DNA from: Elusimicrobiota bacterium | Lineage (GTDB): Bacteria > Elusimicrobiota > Elusimicrobia > UBA1565 > UBA9628 | Length of the DNA: 30,071 nt | Reading direction: 5' to 3' | NCBI GenBank assembly: GCA_043731745.1 | Contig: JAYTIP010000119.1 | Span: forward strand, 1-30,071 | In this document: piece after piece, positions 8,281 through 16,097 of the stretch | How positions within the stretch are numbered: position 1 is the stretch's first letter | Layout: each line of letters opens with the position of its first letter | The notes under the pieces: model-generated | Databases searched by the model: none | Told to the model about the DNA's origin: nothing | The model's input: only the letters and a program-made list of their open reading frames with translations | Position numbers and translations under genes: made by a program

Positions 8281-8816
8281 CAGCGCCCGCAGGAGCCCTT
8301 ATTCCAGGGCAGCTTGGCCAATATCAGGGCCATCGTGCAGATGTCGGTCACGGCGGCGAACACGAGGCCGCAGCCCACGAAGAGCGCCAGAAAAAGCCAC
8401 TTGAAGTTGACCATCAGGCCCAAAGTCGTACCGACGATCACTAAGGAGCCCGCGATGAAGCGCACTTGGCGCTCGAGGGACCAGACGCGGCTCGTGCCGC
8501 GGATCACGGGCTTGCCCGCCCCGGCCCAGGCCTCGATGCCGCCGTCGATGACGCGGATGTCCTTGACGCCGAGCGCATGGAGCTTCTCGGCGGCCTTCGC
8601 CGCGCGCGCGCCCGAGCGGCACAGCAGAAACACGGGGCGGCCGCGGTCCACGCGGTCGGCCAAGGCGTCGAGGCGGGAGAGGGGCAGGTTCAGGGCGCCT
8701 TCGACGCGGAGCGCGTCGATCTCCATGGTCTCGCGCACGTCCACGAGCTGGCCGACGCCCTTCTCCTCGAGCGTACGATGGGCCTCTTCAGGTCCCACGC
8801 GGCTGTAGGCGCTCAC
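8280..8816 (-). CDS. Rhodanese domain plus DUF2892 membrane domain (YgaP-like)
   Basis: LVDVRE, active-site loop LCRSGAR, GGIEAW, then WSLERQVRFIAG and two TM helices with Cys. Confidence 0.88.
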   Translation of the reverse strand: MSAYSRVGPEEAHRTLEEKGVGQLVDVRETMEIDALRVEGALNLPLSRLDALADRVDRGRPVFLLCRSGARAAKAAEKLHALGVKDIRVIDGGIEAWAGAGKPVIRGTSRVWSLERQVRFIAGSLVIVGTTLGLMVNFKWLFLALFVGCGLVFAAVTDICTMALILAKLPWNKGSCGR

Positions 8817-8819
8817 GGA

Positions 8820-10238
8820 CTAGTACTGAGGAACGGAGGGATCGATCGCTTCCGACCAGGCGTTGATCCCGCCGACCACATTGGTCGCGTCGTAGCCCTT
8901 CTCCCTCAGAAACTGAACCGCTTTGGCCGAGCGCCCGCCCATCTTGCAGTGCACGATGATCTTGGCGGACTTGTCGATCTCGCCGAAGCGCTCGGGCAGC
9001 TTGCCCAGGGGGATCAAGGTCGAGCCTTCGATCTTGGCGACCTCGTACTCGTGGGGCTCGCGGACATCAAGCAAAACGAACTTTTCCTTCTTGTCGAGCT
9101 TGGCTTTGAGATCCTGAACCGAGATTTCGGGGATGGTGGACACGGGCTTCTCCTTTAAACCGCAGAACGCTTCGTAATCGATCGGGGCCTTGATGGTCGG
9201 ATTTTCCGAGCACACGGGGCAAGAGGGATTTTTCTTCACCTTCAGCGTGCGCCAGCTCTGCTCGAGGGCGTCATACAGCATCAGGCGGCCCGACAGCGAA
9301 CGCCCGATGCCGAGGATGAGCTTGAGCGTCTCGATGGCCTGCATCGTGCCGATGACGCCGGGTAGCACGCCCAGCACGCCGGCCTCCGAGCAGGACGGCA
9401 CGAGGCCGGGGGGCGGGGGCTCCGGGTATAAACAGCGGTAGCAGGGGCCGTCTTTCAATCCGAACACGGCGAGCTGGCCTTCGAAGCGGAAGATCGAGCC
9501 GTAGGCGTTGGGCTTGCCGGTGAGCACGCAGGCGTCATTGACGAGGTAGCGCGTCGCGAAATTGTCGGTGCCGTCGGCGATCACATCGTATTTCTTGAAC
9601 AGCTCCACGGCATTGGCGGAGGTCAACCTCATTTCGTGCAATTCGACGCTGACGAAAGGATTCAGTCCCTTAATCCGTTTCTCGGCGGACTTGAGCTTCG
9701 AGGTCCCGACCGAGGCCGTATCATGAATGATCTGCCGTTGGAGATTCGACTCGTCGACTTTATCGAAGTCCACGATGCCGATGCGCCCCACGCCGGCCGC
9801 GGCCAGGTACAGGGCCAAGGGCGAGCCCAGCCCGCCCGCGCCGACGCACAGCACCGACGCGTTCTTGAGCTTCTTCTGCCCTTCGGGGCCGACCTCGGGC
9901 ATGATCAGGTGGCGGTCGTAGCGTGCCAGCTCGGCTTTCGTCAGCTCGAGCTCGGCGACGGTCGAGCCGCCCGCGATCGCGGGGACGATCAAGATCGTGT
10001 CGCCGTCTTTGACCGGCGTCGCGAGGCCTTGTTTGTCGCGGGCGTCGTCCTCGTTGACATAGACGTTGACGAAGGAGCGAAGCTTGCCGTCGGGGGTCAT
10101 CAGCTGCTGCTTGAGGCGATCGTGCTGCTTGAAAAGCTGCTCGAGCGCCTCGCCGGCGGTCTTGGCGTCGACGGTGATCTTCTCCTGCTTGTCCGCGAAA
10201 GCCCGCAGGGCCGTCGGCAATCTGATCTCAATGCTCAT
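8820..10238 (-). CDS. moeB: Fusion of ubiquitin-like sulfur carrier (MoaD/CysO-like, residues 1-91 ending AIAGG), ThiF/MoeB E1 adenylyltransferase and rhodanese (MoeZ-type)
   Basis: Beta-grasp N-terminus to PAIAGG; GAGGLG, DGTDNF, CYRC, PSCSEAG, CPVC; C-terminal LDVRE..HCKMGGRS. Confidence 0.92.
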   Translation of the reverse strand: MSIEIRLPTALRAFADKQEKITVDAKTAGEALEQLFKQHDRLKQQLMTPDGKLRSFVNVYVNEDDARDKQGLATPVKDGDTILIVPAIAGGSTVAELELTKAELARYDRHLIMPEVGPEGQKKLKNASVLCVGAGGLGSPLALYLAAAGVGRIGIVDFDKVDESNLQRQIIHDTASVGTSKLKSAEKRIKGLNPFVSVELHEMRLTSANAVELFKKYDVIADGTDNFATRYLVNDACVLTGKPNAYGSIFRFEGQLAVFGLKDGPCYRCLYPEPPPPGLVPSCSEAGVLGVLPGVIGTMQAIETLKLILGIGRSLSGRLMLYDALEQSWRTLKVKKNPSCPVCSENPTIKAPIDYEAFCGLKEKPVSTIPEISVQDLKAKLDKKEKFVLLDVREPHEYEVAKIEGSTLIPLGKLPERFGEIDKSAKIIVHCKMGGRSAKAVQFLREKGYDATNVVGGINAWSEAIDPSVPQY

Positions 10239-10241
10239 AAT

Positions 10242-10688
10242 TTAGCCTTCCAGAACGATCTCTTCTTCGATAAACGAACGGCCATCTTCCGTTCTCTGCC
10301 AGGACCGGGAGTCCACGACCTTGCCATCCTTCACTTGAAGAATCCAATAACTGCAACATGGCATCGCCATCGTCAAATCAAACGGCGAGGGCCACGCCGG
10401 CACCGTGGGATGCGAGTGGAAGAACCCGATCACGCCCCGCCCGCTTCCCGACAGCTCCATTTCGACGCGCGCCATCGTCTTCGGATCGATCAGGTACTTG
10501 TTCGTCTTCGCCGAGGCGTCCCAGCCGTTGGGCAGGGGCCGCGCCTCGTCGATTTGCAGCGCGCGCCCCATCGCGTCGAAATTATCGGGGATCTTCCCGA
10601 TGAGCAGGCCGCAGCCTTCCTCGGGGAAGGCCTTCTCCGCCGTCTTCACCGCGATCTCCTCGACCGCGCGGTTGAGGGTCAGGCTCAC
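10242..10688 (-). CDS. JAB/MPN+ (JAMM, Mec+-like) metallopeptidase
   Basis: PEEGCGLLIG and GFFHSHP..AWPS.FD motifs; GTG 10688 overlaps the cysM stop (GTGA). Confidence 0.9.
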   Translation of the reverse strand: MSLTLNRAVEEIAVKTAEKAFPEEGCGLLIGKIPDNFDAMGRALQIDEARPLPNGWDASAKTNKYLIDPKTMARVEMELSGSGRGVIGFFHSHPTVPAWPSPFDLTMAMPCCSYWILQVKDGKVVDSRSWQRTEDGRSFIEEEIVLEG

Positions 10689-11611
10689 GGCGTCCAGAAC
10701 CTCTCGCCGAGGTAACGCTCGCCCGAGTCGCAGAACACGGTGGCGATCACGGCTTCGCGGCCCTGCGCCACGAGATCCTTGCCCAGCCGCAACGCGGCGG
10801 CGAGGTTGGCTCCGCCCGAGGGCCCGAGCAGGATTCCGGCTCTCTTTCCGAGGACGCGCGCCGCGTCCTGCGCCTCCTCGGTGGCGATCTCGATGCGGCT
10901 GTCGGCCACCGTGTCGTCGTAGATCTTGGGGATGATCGAGGTTTCCATGTGCTTGAGGCCCTCGAGCCCGTGCATGGGACCGTCCGGCTCCATGGAGATC
11001 AAGCGGATATTTTTGTTCAGTTCGCGCAGGCGGCGTCCGGCGCCCACGAAGGTGCCGCTTGTTCCTAAGCCAGCCACGAAGTGGCTGACCTTGCCGTTGG
11101 TTTGCGCGAAAATCTCGGGCCCGGTGGTCTCGTAGTGCGCGCGCCAGGTCATCGGGTTGGAGTACTGGTCGGCGTACCAGTAGCGCTCGGGCTCGGCTTT
11201 GAGCATGAGGCGGACCTCGCGGATCGAGCCGTCTGAGCCTTCGAGCGGATCGGTGAACAGAAGCTCGACGCCGTACGCCTGCAGAATCGCGCGCCGGTGC
11301 TTTGAAATCGAACCGGGCACCGCGAGAGCGACCTTCACGCCCAGTCGCGCTCCCAGCCACGCGTAGGCGATGCCGGTGTTGCCGGAGGAGGAATCGAGCA
11401 GGATCTTGCCGTCGAGCTTGCCCGTCTCGAGCGCGTCCTTGATGATGAAGTAGCCGGCGCGGTCCTTGACCGAGCCCCCGGGGTTGGCCCACTCGGCTTT
11501 GGCCATAATCTTGACCTTGTCGCCGAGCTCCGGAAATGCGAAGGAGACGTCGAGCAGCGGCGTGTTTCCGACCTTAATTCCGTCGAAACCGCGGGAGGCC
11601 AAAGCGGGCAT
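10685..11611 (-). CDS. cysM: PLP-dependent cysteine synthase family protein (CysM-like)
   Basis: VGNTPL, NPGGSVKDR (PLP lysine), SSGNTG, GLGTSGT, LGPSGGAN; start set at ATG 11611 from promoter geometry. Confidence 0.88.
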   Translation of the reverse strand: MPALASRGFDGIKVGNTPLLDVSFAFPELGDKVKIMAKAEWANPGGSVKDRAGYFIIKDALETGKLDGKILLDSSSGNTGIAYAWLGARLGVKVALAVPGSISKHRRAILQAYGVELLFTDPLEGSDGSIREVRLMLKAEPERYWYADQYSNPMTWRAHYETTGPEIFAQTNGKVSHFVAGLGTSGTFVGAGRRLRELNKNIRLISMEPDGPMHGLEGLKHMETSIIPKIYDDTVADSRIEIATEEAQDAARVLGKRAGILLGPSGGANLAAALRLGKDLVAQGREAVIATVFCDSGERYLGERFWTP

Positions 11612-11616
11612 GATCC

Positions 11617-11645
11617 AGTCTAACATACCTGACTATTTCGGTCAA
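11617..11645 (-). promoter_or_regulatory. Sigma70 promoter of the cysM operon (leaderless)
   Basis: TTGACC 11640-11645 - N17 - TAGACT 11617-11622, 5 nt, ATG 11611. Confidence 0.65.
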
Positions 11646-11656
11646 GTATCGACAAT

Positions 11657-11689
11657 GCAACAATTAGGGGTCTGACCCCTTCGTGTTGC
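11657..11689. repeat. REP-like palindrome, copy 1
   Basis: GCAACA-ATT-AGGGGTC-T-GACCCCT-TCG-TGTTGC; 11657-11680 matches 11801-11824 at 23/24. Confidence 0.7.
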
Positions 11690-11707
11690 GTCGACTCGCT
11701 CCGGAGC

Positions 11708-11756
11708 CAGTGATTATCAGTAGTTACTACTGATAATCACTGTTTCCTGGAAACAG
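11708..11756. repeat. Perfect 17-bp-arm palindrome and overlapping 8-bp-arm palindrome
   Basis: CAGTGATTATCAGTAGT-T-ACTACTGATAATCACTG (11708-11742) and CTGTTTCC-T-GGAAACAG (11740-11756). Confidence 0.8.
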
Positions 11757-11762
11757 TTCCGT

Positions 11763-11796
11763 GAAAAAGAAGCGGCCCCCGGTTTCCCGGGGGCCG
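11763..11796 (-). terminator. Intrinsic terminator of nrdB
   Basis: 10-bp stem CGGCCCCCGG/CCGGGGGCCG with a 4-nt loop, followed on the minus strand by CTTCTTTTT. Confidence 0.75.
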
Positions 11797-11800
11797 TGGC

Positions 11801-11827
11801 GCAACAACTAGGGGTCTGACCCCTAGT
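11801..11827. repeat. REP-like palindrome, copy 2
   Basis: GCAACA-ACTAGGGGTC-T-GACCCCTAGT, perfect 10-bp arms; direct repeat of 11657-11680. Confidence 0.7.
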
Positions 11828-11839
11828 CGTACGCGAGAG

Positions 11840-12853
11840 CTAAAACTCTTCGCTGAAGGCGACCGCGCCCGTCACGCCGGTCTGGTAGGCGGACACGCGG
11901 CGCTCGAAGAAGTTGGCGAGCTCTTGCACGTCCTGCAGTTCCATGAAATTAAACGGATTTTTGGAACCGTAGACGGGCTTGATCCCCAAATTCGCCAAGC
12001 GCTGATCGGCGACACACTGTAAATACTGGCGCATGCCGTTGGCCGAGAGGCCCGCGATTCCGCCGCCGGCGGCGCCGCCGCCCAGGAGATCCTCGGCGAA
12101 GCCCATTTCGCACTCGATGGCTTCCTTCATCATGACGATGACGTCCTGCTCCATCTTGGGCGTGAACAAAGTCGGGTCCTCGGCGCGGGCGGTCTTGATG
12201 ATTTCCATCGCGGCGGCGATGTGCATCGACTCGTCGCGGAACACCCAATTGGTGCCGCCGGCCAATCCGTTCAGCAAGCCTTTAGAACGGAGAAAATAAA
12301 CATAAGCAAAGGCCGCGAAGAAGAATAAACCTTCAACACATGACGCGAAGCAGATCAGGTTCATCAGGAACTGGCGCTTCTGATCCTGCGTCTCGGTGCG
12401 GTCGATGTTGTTGATCGAGGCGATCCACTTGTTCATGAAGTCGCCCTTGCGCTTGATCGAGGGGATGTTCTCGATGGCGGAAAAGGCGAGCTCGCGCTCC
12501 TTGTGGTCGGGAATGTAGGTGTCGAGAAGCGTGAGATAAAACTCGACGTGCACGGCCTCCTCGAAGAGCTGGCGCGAGAGGTACATGCGCGCCTCGGGGG
12601 AGTTCACATGCTTGTAGAGGTTGAGGACCAGGTTGTTGCTCACGATCGAGTCGCCGGTCGCGAAGAACGCGACGAGGCGATGGATGAGATGGCGCTCGGC
12701 GGGGGAAAGCTTCGCCTTTAAATCAGACACATCGTGGGAGAAGTCGACTTCCTCGACGGTCCAGGTGTTCTTGATCGCGGCCTTGTACATCTCGAAGAAC
12801 ACGGGATACTTCATCGGGCGGAGCGTGAGGTTGAAGCCGGGGTTGAGAATCAT
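11840..12853 (-). CDS. nrdB: Class Ia ribonucleotide reductase beta subunit
   Basis: FFATGDSIV (D), EEAVHVEFY (E, H, radical Y), VEGLFF (E), RDESMH (E, H), NFFERRVSAY; AGGAG SD. Confidence 0.95.
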   Translation of the reverse strand: MILNPGFNLTLRPMKYPVFFEMYKAAIKNTWTVEEVDFSHDVSDLKAKLSPAERHLIHRLVAFFATGDSIVSNNLVLNLYKHVNSPEARMYLSRQLFEEAVHVEFYLTLLDTYIPDHKERELAFSAIENIPSIKRKGDFMNKWIASINNIDRTETQDQKRQFLMNLICFASCVEGLFFFAAFAYVYFLRSKGLLNGLAGGTNWVFRDESMHIAAAMEIIKTARAEDPTLFTPKMEQDVIVMMKEAIECEMGFAEDLLGGGAAGGGIAGLSANGMRQYLQCVADQRLANLGIKPVYGSKNPFNFMELQDVQELANFFERRVSAYQTGVTGAVAFSEEF

Positions 12854-12902
12854 GGTCGATCTCCTGAGAAAGGGGGGTATCTAATCTTACACCAAAAATC
12901 GA

Positions 12903-12940
12903 GGGTCGGGGAGGATCCTCTCGGATACCCTCCCCGACCC
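12903..12940 (-). terminator. Long hairpin between nrdA and nrdB (terminator/attenuator-like)
   Basis: GGGTCGGGGAGG/CCTCCCCGACCC 12-bp arms plus inner ATCC/GGAT stem; on the mRNA strand followed by TCGATTTTT. Confidence 0.55.
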
Positions 12941-12952
12941 CCACGGGTTAAT

Positions 12953-15364
12953 TTACTGGCAGGCTTCGCAGCTTTCCGGGTTCTCCAGAGAGCACGCGAC
13001 GGCGGCCGCGTCCGAGACGGCGGCGACGGGAACCGGCTCGGCCTTGGCGGCCGGGGCGGCGATCGTCGTCTTCGCGATCTTCGTCGCGGGGCGCGAGCGC
13101 AGGTAGTACGAGGTCTTGAGCCCCTTCTTCCACGCGTACATGTACATGGAGGAGAGCTTGCCGATGTTCGGGCTTTCCATAAACAGATTTAACGACTGGG
13201 ACTGATCGATGAAGGCGCCGCGATCCGCCGCCATGTCGATCAAAGAGCGCTGCGGGACTTCCCACACCGTGCGGTAGGTCGCGCGGATGTGCTCCGGGAT
13301 CTCGGCGATGTCCTGAATCGAGCCCTCGGCCATCATGATGCGCGCGCGCATCTCTTCGTTCCAGAGCCCGAGCTTCTTGAGCTCCAGGCACAGGTACTTG
13401 TTGACCTGGAGGAACTCGCCGGACAGAGTCTCGCGCTTGAACAGGTTCGAGATCTGCGGCTCGGTGGCCTCGTAAGAGCCGACGATCGAGGCGATCGTCG
13501 CGGTCGGCGCGATCGCGAGCAGGAGCGAGTTGCGCAGGCCCTTCTTGACCATCTCCGCACGCAGCTTTTCCCAGCGCGTCATGTCCGCCGGGGTCACGCC
13601 CCACAGCTCGAACTGGAACACGCCCTTCGCGGCCTTCGTCTCGGGGAAGGCCGCGTGCGGGCCCTTCACCGCGGCGAGCTCGACGGACGCCGAGAGCGCG
13701 TGGAAGTAGATTTCTTCCGAGATTTTCTTCGACAACTCCTTCGCCTCGTTCGAGTCGAACGGGTAGCCGAGCTGGAAGAACGCGTCCTGCACGCCCATCA
13801 CGCCCAGACCGACCGGGCGCCACTTGGAGTTGCTGGTCTTCGCCGCTCCCGTGGGGTAGAAGTTGATGTCGATGACGCGGTCGAGATACTTGACCGCCGT
13901 GCGCACGTTCGCCGCAAGCTTGACGAAGTCGAAGCGGCCGTCCTCGACGTACTTCGACAGGTTGATCGAGCCCAAGTTGCAGACCGCGGTCTCGCCCTGG
14001 CTCGTCACCTCGATGATCTCGGTGCAGAGGTTCGAGGAGTGCACGACGTTGGCGGGCGAGCCGGTCTGGTTCGCCTTGATGTTGCTGGCGTCCTTCCAGT
14101 TCATCCAGCCGTTGCCGGTCTCGGCCAAGGTCTTCATCATGCGCGCGTACAGCTCGCGCGCCTTGACCTGGCGGACGAAGAGCTTCTTTTCCTCGCCCTC
14201 GAGGTAGGCCTCTTCGAAGGCCTTGCCGTAGAGGTCGGTGAGCTGGGGCATGCTCTTCGGGTCGAAGAGGGACCACACGCCGTCCTCCTCCGCGCGCTTC
14301 ATGAACAAGTCGGGAATCCAGTGCGCGAGGTGCAGGTTGTGGGCGCGGCGCGCCGGATCGCCGGTGTTGTCGCGCAGTTCGAGGAACTCCTCGATGTCCG
14401 CGTGCCAGGTTTCGAGGTAGACGGCGCAGGCGCCCTTGCGCTTGCCGCCCTGGTTGACGGCGATGACGGAGGAATCGAGCGTCTTCAGCCACGGCACGAT
14501 GCCGTTGCTCTGGCCGTTCGTCGAGCGGATCAAGGACCCGCGCGCGCGAACGCGCGAGTACGACACGCCGATGCCGCCGGAGAACTTCGACAGGAGGGCG
14601 ATGTCGGTGTAGCGGTTGTAGATCGCCTCGAGGTCGTCCACGGGGCTGTCGAGCAGGTAGCACGAGGACATCTGGGGGTGCTTGGTCGCCGAGTTGAACA
14701 GCGTGGGAGAGCTCGGCATGTGCTCGAAGCGCGAGATCAGGTTGTAGAACTCGACGGCTTCCTGCACGGTGTCGGCGAGGCCGCAGGCCACGCGCATGAA
14801 GAAGTACTGGGGGGCCTCGAAGACCTCGCGGGTCTCGGGATTCTTCAGGAGGTAGCGGTCGTAGACGGTGCGCAGGCCGAAGTACTCGAAGAGCTCGTTG
14901 CGCTGGTTCTCGATCGCGTCGTTGAGCTTGCGCGAGTTGGCCTGCACGAACTGGCCGACCTTCTCGGAGATGATGCCATGACGCACGCCGGCGGAGATGG
15001 ACTGGGAGAACGAGTGGATGTCCTGGTTCTCGACCTCTTTGAGGATGTAGGTGGAGAGCAGGCGCGCGGCGAGGCGCGAATACTCAGGCTCCTCGGCGAT
15101 GAGGAGCGCGGAAGTCTGGATCGAAAGATTGTCGAGTTCCTTCGTGGTGGCGCCGTCGTACAGGCCGCCGATGGTCTTGGTGGCGATCTTCAGACCGTCG
15201 ATGTTTTCGAGACCCTGGCCCGCGCGGGCGACGGCGCGGACGATCTTGTTGACGTCGACGGGCTCGAGGGAGCCGTCGCGCTTGCGAACCTGCATCGTGG
15301 TCGCATTCGCGTCCTCGTTGTTGTTCCCGACCGGAGTGACAGGCGTCGTGGCTGCCGTGTTCAT
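12953..15364 (-). CDS. nrdA: Class Ia ribonucleotide reductase alpha subunit with N-terminal ATP cone
   Basis: VRKRDG ATP cone, SSCYL, SSNLCTEI, SYYLR, C-terminal CSLENPESCEACQ; start ATG 15364 with GGAG SD. Confidence 0.95.
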   Translation of the reverse strand: MNTAATTPVTPVGNNNEDANATTMQVRKRDGSLEPVDVNKIVRAVARAGQGLENIDGLKIATKTIGGLYDGATTKELDNLSIQTSALLIAEEPEYSRLAARLLSTYILKEVENQDIHSFSQSISAGVRHGIISEKVGQFVQANSRKLNDAIENQRNELFEYFGLRTVYDRYLLKNPETREVFEAPQYFFMRVACGLADTVQEAVEFYNLISRFEHMPSSPTLFNSATKHPQMSSCYLLDSPVDDLEAIYNRYTDIALLSKFSGGIGVSYSRVRARGSLIRSTNGQSNGIVPWLKTLDSSVIAVNQGGKRKGACAVYLETWHADIEEFLELRDNTGDPARRAHNLHLAHWIPDLFMKRAEEDGVWSLFDPKSMPQLTDLYGKAFEEAYLEGEEKKLFVRQVKARELYARMMKTLAETGNGWMNWKDASNIKANQTGSPANVVHSSNLCTEIIEVTSQGETAVCNLGSINLSKYVEDGRFDFVKLAANVRTAVKYLDRVIDINFYPTGAAKTSNSKWRPVGLGVMGVQDAFFQLGYPFDSNEAKELSKKISEEIYFHALSASVELAAVKGPHAAFPETKAAKGVFQFELWGVTPADMTRWEKLRAEMVKKGLRNSLLLAIAPTATIASIVGSYEATEPQISNLFKRETLSGEFLQVNKYLCLELKKLGLWNEEMRARIMMAEGSIQDIAEIPEHIRATYRTVWEVPQRSLIDMAADRGAFIDQSQSLNLFMESPNIGKLSSMYMYAWKKGLKTSYYLRSRPATKIAKTTIAAPAAKAEPVPVAAVSDAAAVACSLENPESCEACQ

Positions 15365-15443
15365 CCTTTTCTCCATGACATTTTGTAGCGTTCTTTTGCT
15401 CGGATCCGCAGCGCGGCCCGCGCGCGTTTTCGAGCAGGGCAGT

Positions 15444-15472
15444 AGAATAACCGATGGATATATTTTTGTAAA
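15444..15472 (-). promoter_or_regulatory. Sigma70 promoter of nrdAB
   Basis: TTTACA 15467-15472 - N17 - TATTCT 15444-15449 in an AT-rich patch. Confidence 0.6.
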
Positions 15473-15501
15473 GACCCAGATAGACACAGAGGACTGATGA
15501 G

Positions 15502-16071
15502 GTGCTACCAGTGTTGTTGAGTGCTGTCTTCTACATCGCGATTTTATTTTCCTCGTCGTGCGGCCCGGCGGCGAAGCCGGCGAAGGCTCTTCCCGATTTT
15601 TCTTTGACGGCGGTGACGATCGACGGCACCTCGCCGTTCGAACTGCGCACTCTGCGCGGCCGCGTCTGGATCGCCGATTTCGTGTACACGCGCTGCGCGG
15701 GGCCGTGCCCGATGCTCACCGCGAACATGGCGGGGCTGCAAAAGCGCCTGCCGAAATCGGTCGGCCTGCTGTCCTTCACGGTCGATCCCGATCATGATTC
15801 GCCCGAGGTGCTCACCCTCTACGCGCGGCAGTTCAAAGCCGATCCGCAACGCTGGTTTTTCCTGACGGGCGAGAAGTCCGAGCTCGTGCGGGTCATCCGA
15901 GACGGTTTCCTGCTGCCCGTCGTCGAGAGCGCGACGGCGCAGCCGGGCCAAAACGTGGCGCACTCGTCGAAGTTCGTGCTGATCGATTCGAAGGCGCGCC
16001 TCATTGGCTGGTACGACGGCGACGACGAGGCGTCCTTGGCGAAGCTCGAGGCGGACGCGAAGAAATTGTGA
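15502..16071 (+). CDS. SCO1/SenC family copper chaperone
   Basis: ADFVYTRCAGPCP (CxxxC), SFTVDPDHD, HSSKFVLID; GTG with AGAGGA SD 8 nt upstream; possible lipoprotein Cys (FSSSC). Confidence 0.92.
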   Translation: MLPVLLSAVFYIAILFSSSCGPAAKPAKALPDFSLTAVTIDGTSPFELRTLRGRVWIADFVYTRCAGPCPMLTANMAGLQKRLPKSVGLLSFTVDPDHDSPEVLTLYARQFKADPQRWFFLTGEKSELVRVIRDGFLLPVVESATAQPGQNVAHSSKFVLIDSKARLIGWYDGDDEASLAKLEADAKKL

Positions 16072-16097
16072 TCTAGGCGCGGCGGCGGCCGGCTCGT

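Noticed and set aside
8820-10688. Antiviral ubiquitin-like system (Bil or CBASS Cap2/Cap3 type)
   Set aside because: No E2, cyclase or effector; the E1 has a rhodanese domain and sits with a cysteine synthase, which fits sulfur transfer.
11680-11760. tRNA or known riboswitch in the cysM/nrdB gap
   Set aside because: No cloverleaf, T-loop or recognisable aptamer consensus; only palindromes.
11840-12853. Class Ic/Ie (Tyr-less or metal-free) R2; GGGAAGGG loop insertion as functional
   Set aside because: All Ia ligands and the radical Tyr are present; the Gly/Ala stretch is probably a GC-slippage loop expansion.
13289-15388. 699-aa plus-strand ORF and other long overlapping ORFs (e.g. 12948-14663, 18273-19322, 23666-24715, 28327-29319)
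   Set aside because: Antisense or alternate-frame shadows of real GC-rich genes; Arg/Ala/Gly-rich with no motifs.
15450-15490. NrdR box upstream of nrdA
   Set aside because: The ATATAT core and an ATCTGGGT half-site are present, but neither candidate fits the full acaCwAtATaTwGtgt consensus.
15497-15520. MRCYQCC* micro-ORF overlapping the SCO start
   Set aside because: The SD spacing fits GTG 15502 better; a 7-codon ORF is expected by chance.
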